Shown: piece after piece, positions 36,718 through 46,114 of the stretch
Numbering within the stretch: position 1 is the first letter of the stretch
Layout: every line of letters starts with the position of its first letter
DNA from: Chlamydiota bacterium
Lineage (GTDB): Bacteria; Chlamydiota; Chlamydiia; Chlamydiales; Parachlamydiaceae
Length of the DNA stretch: 64,000 nt
Assembly (NCBI GenBank): GCA_013287915.1
Contig: JABDCX010000001.1
Coordinates: 8,876 to 72,875, forward strand
Direction: 5' to 3'
Notes under the pieces: generated by a model
The model's input: the letters and a program-made list of their open reading frames with translations, nothing else
What the model was told of the DNA's origin: nothing
Databases searched by the model: none
Position numbers and translations under genes: made by a program

Positions 36718-39700
36718 TTACCAATTCGCTCTGAAACCACCAAATACAGAACCAGTCGCCGCTCTTTGCCATTTTTGCCCGGACACTTCTAGGTACAGTT
36801 TGATGAAATTCCCAACGGGAACGATGAGCGCCAACGTCCCATCAACACTGCTCTTTTGTTCGGGAGCGCCTTCGATATTGAACGACTCATCAAAAGCGAT
36901 GAAGCGCTCCTTATTTGTGCGGCCGGCGTCCCCCAAGCGGTAATTCCAAGCCAAATCCAAGGCGAGCTCCATTTGGCCTTGGGAAGGCATCGTGTTCGCA
37001 TGGAAACCAAGTCGGCTATAGCATCTGAAAAGGCTCTTGCTGTCGATTTCCAAATCGAGCGACCCGCCTTGCTCTTCGGTGATCTCGCTGCGGTGTGTCC
37101 CTCCGAGCTCGATCCCGATAAAAGGTTGGACTAACACACACTCAAACAGAGGAACATCGATCACATTGTCAAAGCCCACTTCTCCATAGAAAGTCCCTTG
37201 GTAAATGCGTGTGTTGCTGCGGGGCGTCGCACGGAAATCCCCAGCAGCGATCGTGCGGTGCAAGCTGTCTCTCGAAGCGCCAAATGCCACATCGGCAAGG
37301 ACGTAATAAGAATCGGGGCGATACAGAGTATAAAGGCCAATGTCGAGCGTATGCATCGTCCCTTTTCCAGGGAGCTTGAAATGGATCTCATCAGTGAAAT
37401 ACCCAACACCTAAACCGAGCGTCCAATCGTTCGAAAATGTGTGTTGCACTCCGCCAACGACTTCATACCCATTTCCACTAAAGCCGTACCCTTCATGGCC
37501 GCTATCGATCGCAAAGCGCGTGCCTCCCCCCTCAAACCACAATTCCTGACCAACTGCTTCATAAGCGCCAAAACAATTTTCATAGTAGGGCTTGCAGCAG
37601 GGGGGCATGCTGATGAGATCGCGTAAAGGATCGTACAAGCGCCTGATAAATTGCCGATTCACCATTTCTGCTAAAACCATTTCGCCCGCATATTGTTCAC
37701 CGCCCAATTCATCAAGGACAAAGGCGATCTCATCGCAAGGCAAGAGGACCATGGCTTGCAACAACGCCTCGATATCAGCTGGCGGGTTGATCAAATTCTC
37801 AATTTGAGCTGCCACATTTTGCTGATTCTGGTTCAATGGGCAGTTGGTGAATGTGGGTTGTAAAATCACATACGCATTCTGAGAGTCATAAAGAGCGTTT
37901 GCTGCCACCACTTCGGGGTTGAAAAAGCCGTGCGCTTGGACAATCGAAAAGGTGCCGCTCAAACCATTCATCGTATTCGAATGCAACACCAGATAGGGGA
38001 CATTGAGCAAAAATGTTCCATCTGCAGATGTCACGTCGACTTCGCCGCCGTTGATCAGAATTGTTCCAGCGACGATCGTCTCTGTCGCATTTCCAGCTCC
38101 ATCTACCTGAACGCCATATTGACAGTCGATGTCCATCTGCAAATTGCCGCCGACGTTCATGGCTCCGATGCTATTGCCAGGCTTCAATAACCCGGCAGAA
38201 CGGACCGACAAATTCCCCGTCACCGTTCCGACCCCCGATAAAATCCCGCCCCCCTCGATCGTGGCGTTACCAGTGAGCGTCGTATTGAGGTTGAGCTCCC
38301 CTTCTCTAATATACGTGTTTGCCGCTGTTTGAGGGGTAACCAACGACAACTTTCCAGGACCTGCTTTGATTAAATTCCCAGACCCAGTAATAGAGTTGCT
38401 ATAGGTTCCATCTACCAGTTGAGTAAATTGCACTGTGTCAAAGTTAAGAATGTCTTGTTGAATGCTGTCGGTGTTCCCCACAAGCGTTCCGCTGATCACA
38501 GTGATAGGAGTGAAAAAATCTGAAAATGTGTTGAACCCAAGCAAATTGACCCGTCCACCACCCATCACCTGCAGCGTTCCCGTTCCCGAGATATTTCCGG
38601 AAAAATCTCCCGAAAGCGATTGGTTGAAAATCAAGCCTCCAGAACTCACTAACACCATATCGCCTTGCAACGTGCTCGTCGTCCCCTGAAGAGTCGTACC
38701 AGACCCGACAATCGTTGTCCCACCGGAGTAAGAATTATTTGTCCCGCTGAAAGTCACAATCTGACCACCGATCACCCCAACGGCCCCGAGGCCTGAAATG
38801 CTCCCCTTATAGACCCCATTTGTAATAGGCTGATGAGCACCGACAGCCTGATTAAATACCACAACGGTCGACTGATCGGTCGTTTGAACATCCCCTTGGA
38901 TCGCGAGTGTATTTCCTATCCATACAACATTTACGCCGGCAAGCGTACCGCCTGTGTAGCTGTTGACTCCGAGCATCGTCAAAGTGCTGCTCGACGTTTT
39001 ATCTGAAAGCTGGACGCCCCCGCTTCCAGAAATATTACTGGTAACTGTCGTTGTTGCAGGGCTTAAGATATAATTGGTGTCGTTATCCAAAAATACATTG
39101 CCAATGATGTTATCCCCTAAAGCACCAAAATTCCCCGCACCCACGTCGATCAAGCGCACATCGACTAGATTGGAATCGGAGATGGTGATGGTCTTCCCTG
39201 GTGATTGGATCGATACAGTTCCCTGCGGCCCATTCGTTCCAGACAAAATGTCGTTAAAGACAATACCAGAATTCGTTTGGGCAAAGACAAGTGTGGAATC
39301 AAAATCAACCAGTGTGATGGGGGAAAGCAAGCTGAATGTATCACCGACAAGCGTGGCATTATCCACTGTGACAGGTACAGAAACGCTCGAATTTCCCGAC
39401 ACAATGCCAAAGGTGCTTGGAATGGTCACCTGCCCACCGCCTGTGATCAACACCGCAGCTGGATTCGACATCCCATTTTGCGAAAAAATTTGTCCTGCAA
39501 AGACCCCGCTAAAACCTTGATCAAACGCTACCTGCCCATCGGGGAGAGGGCTATTGCTATTGATAATCACGCTATTTGCAAGGCTTGTCGTATCGCCAAT
39601 CAGCTGTGTATTGCCTCCAACAAGTGTGGGCCCCGTGTAGCTATTCGGATCTGATGCATTGCGTTGCAGATGGACGATCGAGCGGGTTGTCCCATCTGCG

Positions 39701-40632
39701 TTGATAAAACTCAATCCTCCGTTTGTCCCTGTGACACTCCCTGCAATCGTCATCGGAACATTCCCCGTGAGCGTCAATTGATTACCCGCTAACGACACAA
39801 TCGAAAACTGATCCGAATCTAATGAAAACAAAGTATTGGTCTGGCCGATCGCAAGCTCCCCGCCAAAAAACACCCCTCTCTTTAAGATCACAGAAGCGGC
39901 ATCTCCGCTCGCTCCCCCCGTAAAATTGACCACACCGCCATCCGTTACGACAATGTTGGAAAGGCCAGCATCGGCACTTGCCGCAAACTCGATGTCTCCT
40001 CCCGAATTGATGATCGTTGCGGCATTCGCCGTTGAATTTCCCTGAAAGATGAGGCTTGCATTGGGACCCGTGAGGTTAAAATTGGCATTGTTCGCCGTGC
40101 TGGTGTTATCGAAGGTGATGTTTCCCAACCCATTGACGTTGTAATAAACGGTTCCTGTGTCATCGCCATCAGCCGTACAGCCGGGACTGTTAAAATTAAT
40201 CGATCCCCCTTGTGTGACATTGATCGTTTGGTTGGAACCAACTCCATCTATAAATGATTGGTTGGACACTCCAAGAGTTGTCCCCCCAAAAACAAGAGAG
40301 CCCGCCTCAATTACCAACACATTCGGACCAAACCTGAATAATATCTGCCCCGGCGTCCAGACAATCCCAAAGGAAATTGCATAAAGAGGAAAATTGCCTG
40401 CGATATCCGCTGCTCCCAAAACGCTATTATCAAATTGGGCAATATTCGTGATTCCGGGAACGCCGAAAGGACTCCAATTCCCAGGTTGGGCAACAACACA
40501 GGAAGCCTCGGAACCAAATGCGTTCGTCCAAGAGCTTGTGGTGAGGGCATTCAATAACGGGGACGGAACTACGAGTGTGAAGCAGAGGAAAAAAGCACTC
40601 CACACTCTCAACTTATTCACACAATTACCCAT
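36718..40632 (-). CDS. Autotransporter outer-membrane protein (Pmp-like adhesin), paralog A
   Basis: A signal peptide precedes a roughly 900-aa Gly/Thr/Asn/Ser-rich beta-helix passenger with repeated ...NSYTGGT... and G.G.L.K.G.G.L.L units. The junction is GNSIGAMNVGGNLQMD...GGEVDVTSADGTFLLNVPYLVLHS. The C-terminal roughly 280-aa beta-barrel ends in FRANW. Confidence 0.85.
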   Translation of the reverse strand: MGNCVNKLRVWSAFFLCFTLVVPSPLLNALTTSSWTNAFGSEASCVVAQPGNWSPFGVPGITNIAQFDNSVLGAADIAGNFPLYAISFGIVWTPGQILFRFGPNVLVIEAGSLVFGGTTLGVSNQSFIDGVGSNQTINVTQGGSINFNSPGCTADGDDTGTVYYNVNGLGNITFDNTSTANNANFNLTGPNASLIFQGNSTANAATIINSGGDIEFAASADAGLSNIVVTDGGVVNFTGGASGDAASVILKRGVFFGGELAIGQTNTLFSLDSDQFSIVSLAGNQLTLTGNVPMTIAGSVTGTNGGLSFINADGTTRSIVHLQRNASDPNSYTGPTLVGGNTQLIGDTTSLANSVIINSNSPLPDGQVAFDQGFSGVFAGQIFSQNGMSNPAAVLITGGGQVTIPSTFGIVSGNSSVSVPVTVDNATLVGDTFSLLSPITLVDFDSTLVFAQTNSGIVFNDILSGTNGPQGTVSIQSPGKTITISDSNLVDVRLIDVGAGNFGALGDNIIGNVFLDNDTNYILSPATTTVTSNISGSGGVQLSDKTSSSTLTMLGVNSYTGGTLAGVNVVWIGNTLAIQGDVQTTDQSTVVVFNQAVGAHQPITNGVYKGSISGLGAVGVIGGQIVTFSGTNNSYSGGTTIVGSGTTLQGTTSTLQGDMVLVSSGGLIFNQSLSGDFSGNISGTGTLQVMGGGRVNLLGFNTFSDFFTPITVISGTLVGNTDSIQQDILNFDTVQFTQLVDGTYSNSITGSGNLIKAGPGKLSLVTPQTAANTYIREGELNLNTTLTGNATIEGGGILSGVGTVTGNLSVRSAGLLKPGNSIGAMNVGGNLQMDIDCQYGVQVDGAGNATETIVAGTILINGGEVDVTSADGTFLLNVPYLVLHSNTMNGLSGTFSIVQAHGFFNPEVVAANALYDSQNAYVILQPTFTNCPLNQNQQNVAAQIENLINPPADIEALLQAMVLLPCDEIAFVLDELGGEQYAGEMVLAEMVNRQFIRRLYDPLRDLISMPPCCKPYYENCFGAYEAVGQELWFEGGGTRFAIDSGHEGYGFSGNGYEVVGGVQHTFSNDWTLGLGVGYFTDEIHFKLPGKGTMHTLDIGLYTLYRPDSYYVLADVAFGASRDSLHRTIAAGDFRATPRSNTRIYQGTFYGEVGFDNVIDVPLFECVLVQPFIGIELGGTHRSEITEEQGGSLDLEIDSKSLFRCYSRLGFHANTMPSQGQMELALDLAWNYRLGDAGRTNKERFIAFDESFNIEGAPEQKSSVDGTLALIVPVGNFIKLYLEVSGQKWQRAATGSVFGGFRANW

Positions 40633-40665
40633 TGTTGACTCTCTCCTTCCATGCTCTTGAGTCTA

Positions 40666-43600
40666 TTACCAATTCGTTTGGATGCCGCCATATACAGAGC
40701 CTGTCGACGCACTTTGCCACTTTTGCCCAGCCACTTCGAAGTAGAAGTTGATGTACTTTCCAGCTGGAACGATCAGCGCTAAAGCTCCGTCAAAACTGCT
40801 TTTTTGCTCAGGAGCCCCTTCGATATCGAACGAAGTCCCAAAGGCAGTGAAGCGCTCTTTGCTCGTGCGTCCCGCATCGGCTAGGCGGTAGTTCCATGCT
40901 AGATCTAATGTCAACTGCATTTGGCCAAGTTCTGGCATTGTGTTGAAGTGGAATCCTAAACGGCTAAATGACTTGAAAAAGCTCTTGCTATCGAGTTCCA
41001 GATTGAGCGATCCCCCTTGGTGTTCGGTGATCTTGCTGCGATGCGCATATCCAAGTTCGATCCCAGCAAAGGGCTGTAGGAGCACACAACCAAACAGGGC
41101 CCAATCCATGAACACATCTGTCCCCGCTTCAGCATAGAAAGTCCCTTGATAAATGCGGGTCTTGCTCTGCATTGTTGCACTGAAATCGCCGACGGCAACC
41201 GTGCGGTGCAGTTTGTCGCTCGTCGTGCCAAAGGTCAAATCGCCAAGCAGGTAATAGGCGTTGGGACGGTAGAGGGCATACAAACCCACATCCACCGTGT
41301 GCATTTTCCCTTTTCCAGGAAGATGGAAGTGGATCTGATCTTCAAAATAGCCCCCAGCCAAGCCAACGACCCACTCCTCGTCAAACATGTGTTGCAAGCC
41401 GCCCACGACCTCATACCCATTCGCTTTTAACCCATACCCTTCATGGCCATTATCGATCGACAGCCGCGTACCCCCAGCCTCGACCCAGATCTCATGTCCC
41501 CAATTTCCCATCTCTTCGCAACAATCCATGGAATAACTCTTGCAACAAGGGGGTGTGCGAAGGATATCGCGGAGCGGATCAAACAATCTTCTGATGAACT
41601 GCCGATTGGTCATATCGGCAACGACCATTTCTCCGGCGTATTGCAGGCCGCTCATCTCATCGAAGACAAACGCAATCTCATCACAGGGCAACACGACTAA
41701 CTCTTGCAACAACGCTTGGATGTCTGCTGGCGGATTGATCAAGTTGTCCAGTTGAAAGGCGATATTTGCTTGATTCTGTGTCAATGGACAGTGATCGAAT
41801 GTCGTCTGTAAAATGACATAGGCATTTTGTGGATCATAGAGGGCTTCTGCATCGACAACATCTGGATTAAAGAACCCGTGTGCTTGCACGATAGAGAATG
41901 TCCCCGTCAACCCATTTGGCGTATTCGAGTGCATGATCTGATAGGGGGTATTGAGTAAGAATGTCCCGTCCGCAGAAGTCACGTCGACTTCGCCTCCAAC
42001 TAATTGGATCGTTCCAGCCGCAATCGTATCTGTTGCATTTCCAGCTCCGTTGATCTGAACAGGGTATTGACTATCGACATCCATGAAGACGTTCCCGCCA
42101 ATGTGCATGGTTCCGATGCTGTTGCCCGGCTTCAATACCCCGCCAGACAAGACAGACAAATTCCCTGTTACAGTACCGACCCCAGATAAAATCCCGCCCG
42201 ATTCGACCGTTCCGTTTCCATTGAGCGTCGTATTGAGGTTGAGTTCCCCTTCTTTAACGTAGGTGTTTGTTGCCGTTTGAGGAGTGATCAGCGACAACTT
42301 TCCAGGACCCGCTTTGACTAGATTCCCAGTTCCTGTGATCGACTGGGAATAGGTTCCATTTGTGAGTTGCGTGAATTGAACGGTGCCAAAGTTAGAAATG
42401 TTTTGTTGAATGCTCAACGTATTTCCTTCAAGTGTTCCGCTTGCCACTGTGATGGGCCCAGAGAAAGTATTTACCCCGAGCAAGTTCACACGCCCTCCGC
42501 CCGTTACCAGCATTGTCCCTGTGGAGCTTGGGCTGGTGATATTGCCAAGAAAATCTCCTAAGAACGACTGATTAAAGGTAATTTGCGCTCCAAGTTGTAA
42601 TTCGACATTCCCCTGTAACGAGTTGGTCGTTCCGATCCAGTTTGTACCAGCTCCGGTCACAAACGTAAACGGATACGAATTGTTTGTTCCAGTAAAGGTG
42701 ACGGGTAGACCGCCTTGTATTACCACAGTTCCTAGCCCACTGATATTCCCAGAAAAAACGCCATTCGTAACAGGCGAGTGTGGGCCGCCGCTCTGATCAA
42801 AGGCCACAATCCCTGAACTGTCGGAAAATTGGATATTCCCTTGAACTGAAAGGGTATTTCCAAGTAAGTCAACGTTGGTTCCAACAAGCGTCCCACCCGT
42901 ATAACTATTGACTCCGCTCAAGGTCACCTGGGTCAAAACAGAGTGACTGCCAACCTGGACGCCTCCGCTCCCGGAAATATTATTTGCAAAGACGCTCGTT
43001 GTGCTATCCAGGACCAGGGTGGTATCATTATCTACGACAACCGGAGCCACTACGTTGTTTCCATGCACAATAGCATTCCCCGTTTTGAGATGGAACAAAC
43101 CCGCCGTTAGAAAAGGGGAAGTAAATGTGGTTACCGTTCCTGGAGAATCGACCAAAACAGTCCCCACAGCTCCATTTGTCCCTGCAAAGATGTTACGTGC
43201 AAACGTCCCACTCGCTGTTTGACGGAAGATCAGTTCAGAGCCGTAATTGTTTAAGGTGATATCGGAGAGCAAGCTGCCTGTATCCCCAATCAGCGTCCCA
43301 TTCATCACCGTGACAGGTACTGCGACGCTTGAGGTGTTACCGGCTGGGATCCCAATTCCACTTGGAATCTGCACTTCTCCGCCGCCCGTGATCACGACGG
43401 ACTGTGCACTTGTCCCTGTCCCTGTGATGTTGCCCAAAAATATGCCGCTGAAATCTTGGTCGAAGGTTAAAGTGGGCTGTGAGGTGAATCCGAATATGTT
43501 ATTGACGACCACGCTATTTGCCAAGCTCGTCGTATTTCCAACTAAATTGTTGTTCCCTGAAACGGTTGTGGGGCCAGCATAACTATTGGCTGCACTCAAA

Positions 43601-44550
43601 AGAAAAGTGGTTGTGCGCTGCGCTGCGCTATCGAGTAGGTTATTAAAGACCAACGAGCCAGCTCCTGTGACAGGACCTGCAATCGTCATCGTTTGAGCAC
43701 TTCCAGTGATTGTCAATGGGTTAGCACTTATTAAATGGACCGCCGAAGTTTGATCGGTATTCAAAGACTGCAACGTGTTTTGTTGATTAATGTCTAAGGT
43801 GCCGCTATTGATCAAAGTCACATTAGCCGAATTCCCACTATTGATGGTGGCTAGAGGCTCAAATACGATGAAGCCTCCATCAGCCGTCATGTTCGCAGAA
43901 CTCGCAAACGCGCTAGCAGTAAAGATAACAGACCCTCCCGAAAAGGTCTTAATCGTTGAAATGTCTGCGGATGAACTGCCCTGAAAGGTAAGAATGGAGC
44001 CGGGGCCGGTTACATTAAAATTAGCGTTGTTTGCAATACTTGTGCTGTCAAATGTAACTATGCCTGCCTGCTCTAAATTGTAGTAGACAGCACCGCTATA
44101 AGCCGCATCCGCGGTACATCCGGCACCAGTAAACAAAATGGATCCGGTGCTAGCATTGCTGCTATTGGAAATTTTGAAGATCTGCGTTGCAAATGATGTA
44201 TTCGTGACCCCAGGAGGGAAGAGCGTGCTCCCAGCAAAAGAGAGAGAGGAACCAACGACCATGACATAAGGAGCCGCATGAAAAGCTATCTGACCTGGAG
44301 TCCACGGATTAGGTACCACAGCATAGTAGGGAACATTCCTCGCAACATTATCTCCTGTATCAAATATAGCTTCATCCCCAGTTCCAGGCACGACTGCAGG
44401 AGACCAGCTATTAGGTAAAACAACCATACACGAATTCGTACTCCCGTTTGTCCATGTGATAGGTGCTCCACAAAGATGGATGGGATTGGCAATCGCATAG
44501 ACGACGCACAAACCAATAAACGCTCGCATCCCCATTGATTTCTTAAACAT
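40666..44550 (-). CDS. Autotransporter outer-membrane protein (Pmp-like adhesin), paralog B
   Basis: Same architecture. The junction is GNSIGTMHIGGNVFMD...GGEVDVTSADGTFLLNTPYQIMHS and the barrel ends in IQTNW. It is 33 nt from paralog A. Confidence 0.85.
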   Translation of the reverse strand: MFKKSMGMRAFIGLCVVYAIANPIHLCGAPITWTNGSTNSCMVVLPNSWSPAVVPGTGDEAIFDTGDNVARNVPYYAVVPNPWTPGQIAFHAAPYVMVVGSSLSFAGSTLFPPGVTNTSFATQIFKISNSSNASTGSILFTGAGCTADAAYSGAVYYNLEQAGIVTFDSTSIANNANFNVTGPGSILTFQGSSSADISTIKTFSGGSVIFTASAFASSANMTADGGFIVFEPLATINSGNSANVTLINSGTLDINQQNTLQSLNTDQTSAVHLISANPLTITGSAQTMTIAGPVTGAGSLVFNNLLDSAAQRTTTFLLSAANSYAGPTTVSGNNNLVGNTTSLANSVVVNNIFGFTSQPTLTFDQDFSGIFLGNITGTGTSAQSVVITGGGEVQIPSGIGIPAGNTSSVAVPVTVMNGTLIGDTGSLLSDITLNNYGSELIFRQTASGTFARNIFAGTNGAVGTVLVDSPGTVTTFTSPFLTAGLFHLKTGNAIVHGNNVVAPVVVDNDTTLVLDSTTSVFANNISGSGGVQVGSHSVLTQVTLSGVNSYTGGTLVGTNVDLLGNTLSVQGNIQFSDSSGIVAFDQSGGPHSPVTNGVFSGNISGLGTVVIQGGLPVTFTGTNNSYPFTFVTGAGTNWIGTTNSLQGNVELQLGAQITFNQSFLGDFLGNITSPSSTGTMLVTGGGRVNLLGVNTFSGPITVASGTLEGNTLSIQQNISNFGTVQFTQLTNGTYSQSITGTGNLVKAGPGKLSLITPQTATNTYVKEGELNLNTTLNGNGTVESGGILSGVGTVTGNLSVLSGGVLKPGNSIGTMHIGGNVFMDVDSQYPVQINGAGNATDTIAAGTIQLVGGEVDVTSADGTFLLNTPYQIMHSNTPNGLTGTFSIVQAHGFFNPDVVDAEALYDPQNAYVILQTTFDHCPLTQNQANIAFQLDNLINPPADIQALLQELVVLPCDEIAFVFDEMSGLQYAGEMVVADMTNRQFIRRLFDPLRDILRTPPCCKSYSMDCCEEMGNWGHEIWVEAGGTRLSIDNGHEGYGLKANGYEVVGGLQHMFDEEWVVGLAGGYFEDQIHFHLPGKGKMHTVDVGLYALYRPNAYYLLGDLTFGTTSDKLHRTVAVGDFSATMQSKTRIYQGTFYAEAGTDVFMDWALFGCVLLQPFAGIELGYAHRSKITEHQGGSLNLELDSKSFFKSFSRLGFHFNTMPELGQMQLTLDLAWNYRLADAGRTSKERFTAFGTSFDIEGAPEQKSSFDGALALIVPAGKYINFYFEVAGQKWQSASTGSVYGGIQTNW

Positions 44551-44592
44551 CGCGTTTCTCTCCTATTCAAAACGAATTTTAAATTTCAAAAA

Positions 44593-46095
44593 TTACCAAT
44601 TGGCTTGGACGCCCCCTAACACGGTATAAGCCGAAGCCGTTTGCCACTTCTCCCCAACAAATTCGAGATAAAAGCTTGCGGTGGATCCCACCGGAACCGT
44701 CAGGTTCAAAATCGCTTCCAAGCAGCCTTTCTCTTCAGGAGCTCCTTGGACCTTGAAGGTGCCTCCAGTCGCTGCAAAACGGGTGGAGTTTGTGCGTCCG
44801 GCATCTGCAAAACGGTAAATCCAAGCCAGGTCTAACATCAGTTGCATCTGTCCAAACTCCGGCATCGTATTCAAATGGACCCCTAAACGGCTATAGCTCT
44901 TAAAGAAATTTTTGCTCCCAATGTCGAGGTCTAACGATCCCGCCCCACTCTCTTTGATCTGGCGGCGATGGGCATACCCCAACTCAAGCCCTAAAAACGG
45001 TTGGGCCAAGATGCACCCAAAAAATGGCCACAACAGGGTGTAATCGAATCCAGCTTCGCCATAAATCGTGGTTTGGTAAATATGCGATTTGCCATGTGCC
45101 GATGTACTGAATTCACCGAAATTTAACGTGCGCACGACTTTGTCTGTCGTGGCGCCAAACGTCAAGTCAGCAACGAGGTAGTAGCTATCTGGGCGATAAA
45201 GGCCATAAAACCCAAAATCGATCGTATGCATCTTCCCATGTCCGGGCAGCTTAAAGTGGATGTTGTCTTGGAAATACCCCACACCTAATCCTAAGGTCCA
45301 ATCGTAATCGAACGTGTATTGGATCCCTCCGACAATTTCATATCCATTCGCGTTGAGACCATACCCTTCATGCCCATTGTCGATATTGATCCGAGAGCCT
45401 CCGCCCTCCACCCAAAATGAAGATCCCCCTTCGATCGAGGCCTTGCAACAGCCCATGTTGTAATAACCGTTGTAACAAGGAGGCGTTTTAATGATGTTGC
45501 GCAAGGGATCGTATAGGCGCCGGAGGAATTGTCGATTCGTCATGTCGGCAACGGTCATTTCCGTCGCATACTGCTCGCCGCTAAGCAAATCAAGCGTGCC
45601 ACCCACTTCGCTGCAAGGCAATGCTACCAGGGCTTGCAGGGCGGATTGAAGATCTGCGGGAGGATTTATCACCTGATCTAACTGAAAGGCAACATTTAAC
45701 TGATTTTGGGTATCGGCACAGTTCTCCAACGTCGTCTGCATCGTCAGAAAGCCGCTTTGGGAATCGTATGTCAATACCCCTTTGACCAGCTCGGGATTGA
45801 AAAATCCATGGGGGACGACTTGTGAAAATGTGCCTGTCAATCCGTTTTGCAAATTGGAATGAATAATGAGATACGGGTGATTCACCAAAAACGTCCCGGT
45901 AGGAGAAGTCACATCGACATCTCCTCCCAAAAGGGTCACCGTTCCTGGATCGATGATCTGGGTGCTATTTCCAGATCCATCGATGGCGACAGGATATTGA
46001 TCACCCGGTATGGACACGGTATTCCCCATCGCACAATCGCCTTGACTCATCAAAACAACCAACGCTATAACTTTCATCCATTTCTTGAGCATCAT
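44593..46095 (-). CDS. Short autotransporter paralog: signal peptide + junction/autochaperone segment + beta-barrel, essentially lacking a passenger
   Basis: This 500-aa protein has a signal peptide MMLKKWMKVIALVVLMSQGDCAMG that runs straight into ...YPVAIDGSGNSTQIIDPGTVTLLGGDVDVTSPTGTFLVNHPYLIIHS. That segment aligns with the junction of the long paralogs. A barrel ending in VQANW follows. Confidence 0.8.
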   Translation of the reverse strand: MMLKKWMKVIALVVLMSQGDCAMGNTVSIPGDQYPVAIDGSGNSTQIIDPGTVTLLGGDVDVTSPTGTFLVNHPYLIIHSNLQNGLTGTFSQVVPHGFFNPELVKGVLTYDSQSGFLTMQTTLENCADTQNQLNVAFQLDQVINPPADLQSALQALVALPCSEVGGTLDLLSGEQYATEMTVADMTNRQFLRRLYDPLRNIIKTPPCYNGYYNMGCCKASIEGGSSFWVEGGGSRINIDNGHEGYGLNANGYEIVGGIQYTFDYDWTLGLGVGYFQDNIHFKLPGHGKMHTIDFGFYGLYRPDSYYLVADLTFGATTDKVVRTLNFGEFSTSAHGKSHIYQTTIYGEAGFDYTLLWPFFGCILAQPFLGLELGYAHRRQIKESGAGSLDLDIGSKNFFKSYSRLGVHLNTMPEFGQMQLMLDLAWIYRFADAGRTNSTRFAATGGTFKVQGAPEEKGCLEAILNLTVPVGSTASFYLEFVGEKWQTASAYTVLGGVQANW

Positions 46096-46114
46096 TTACA
46101 TTCCCTAATCGTTC

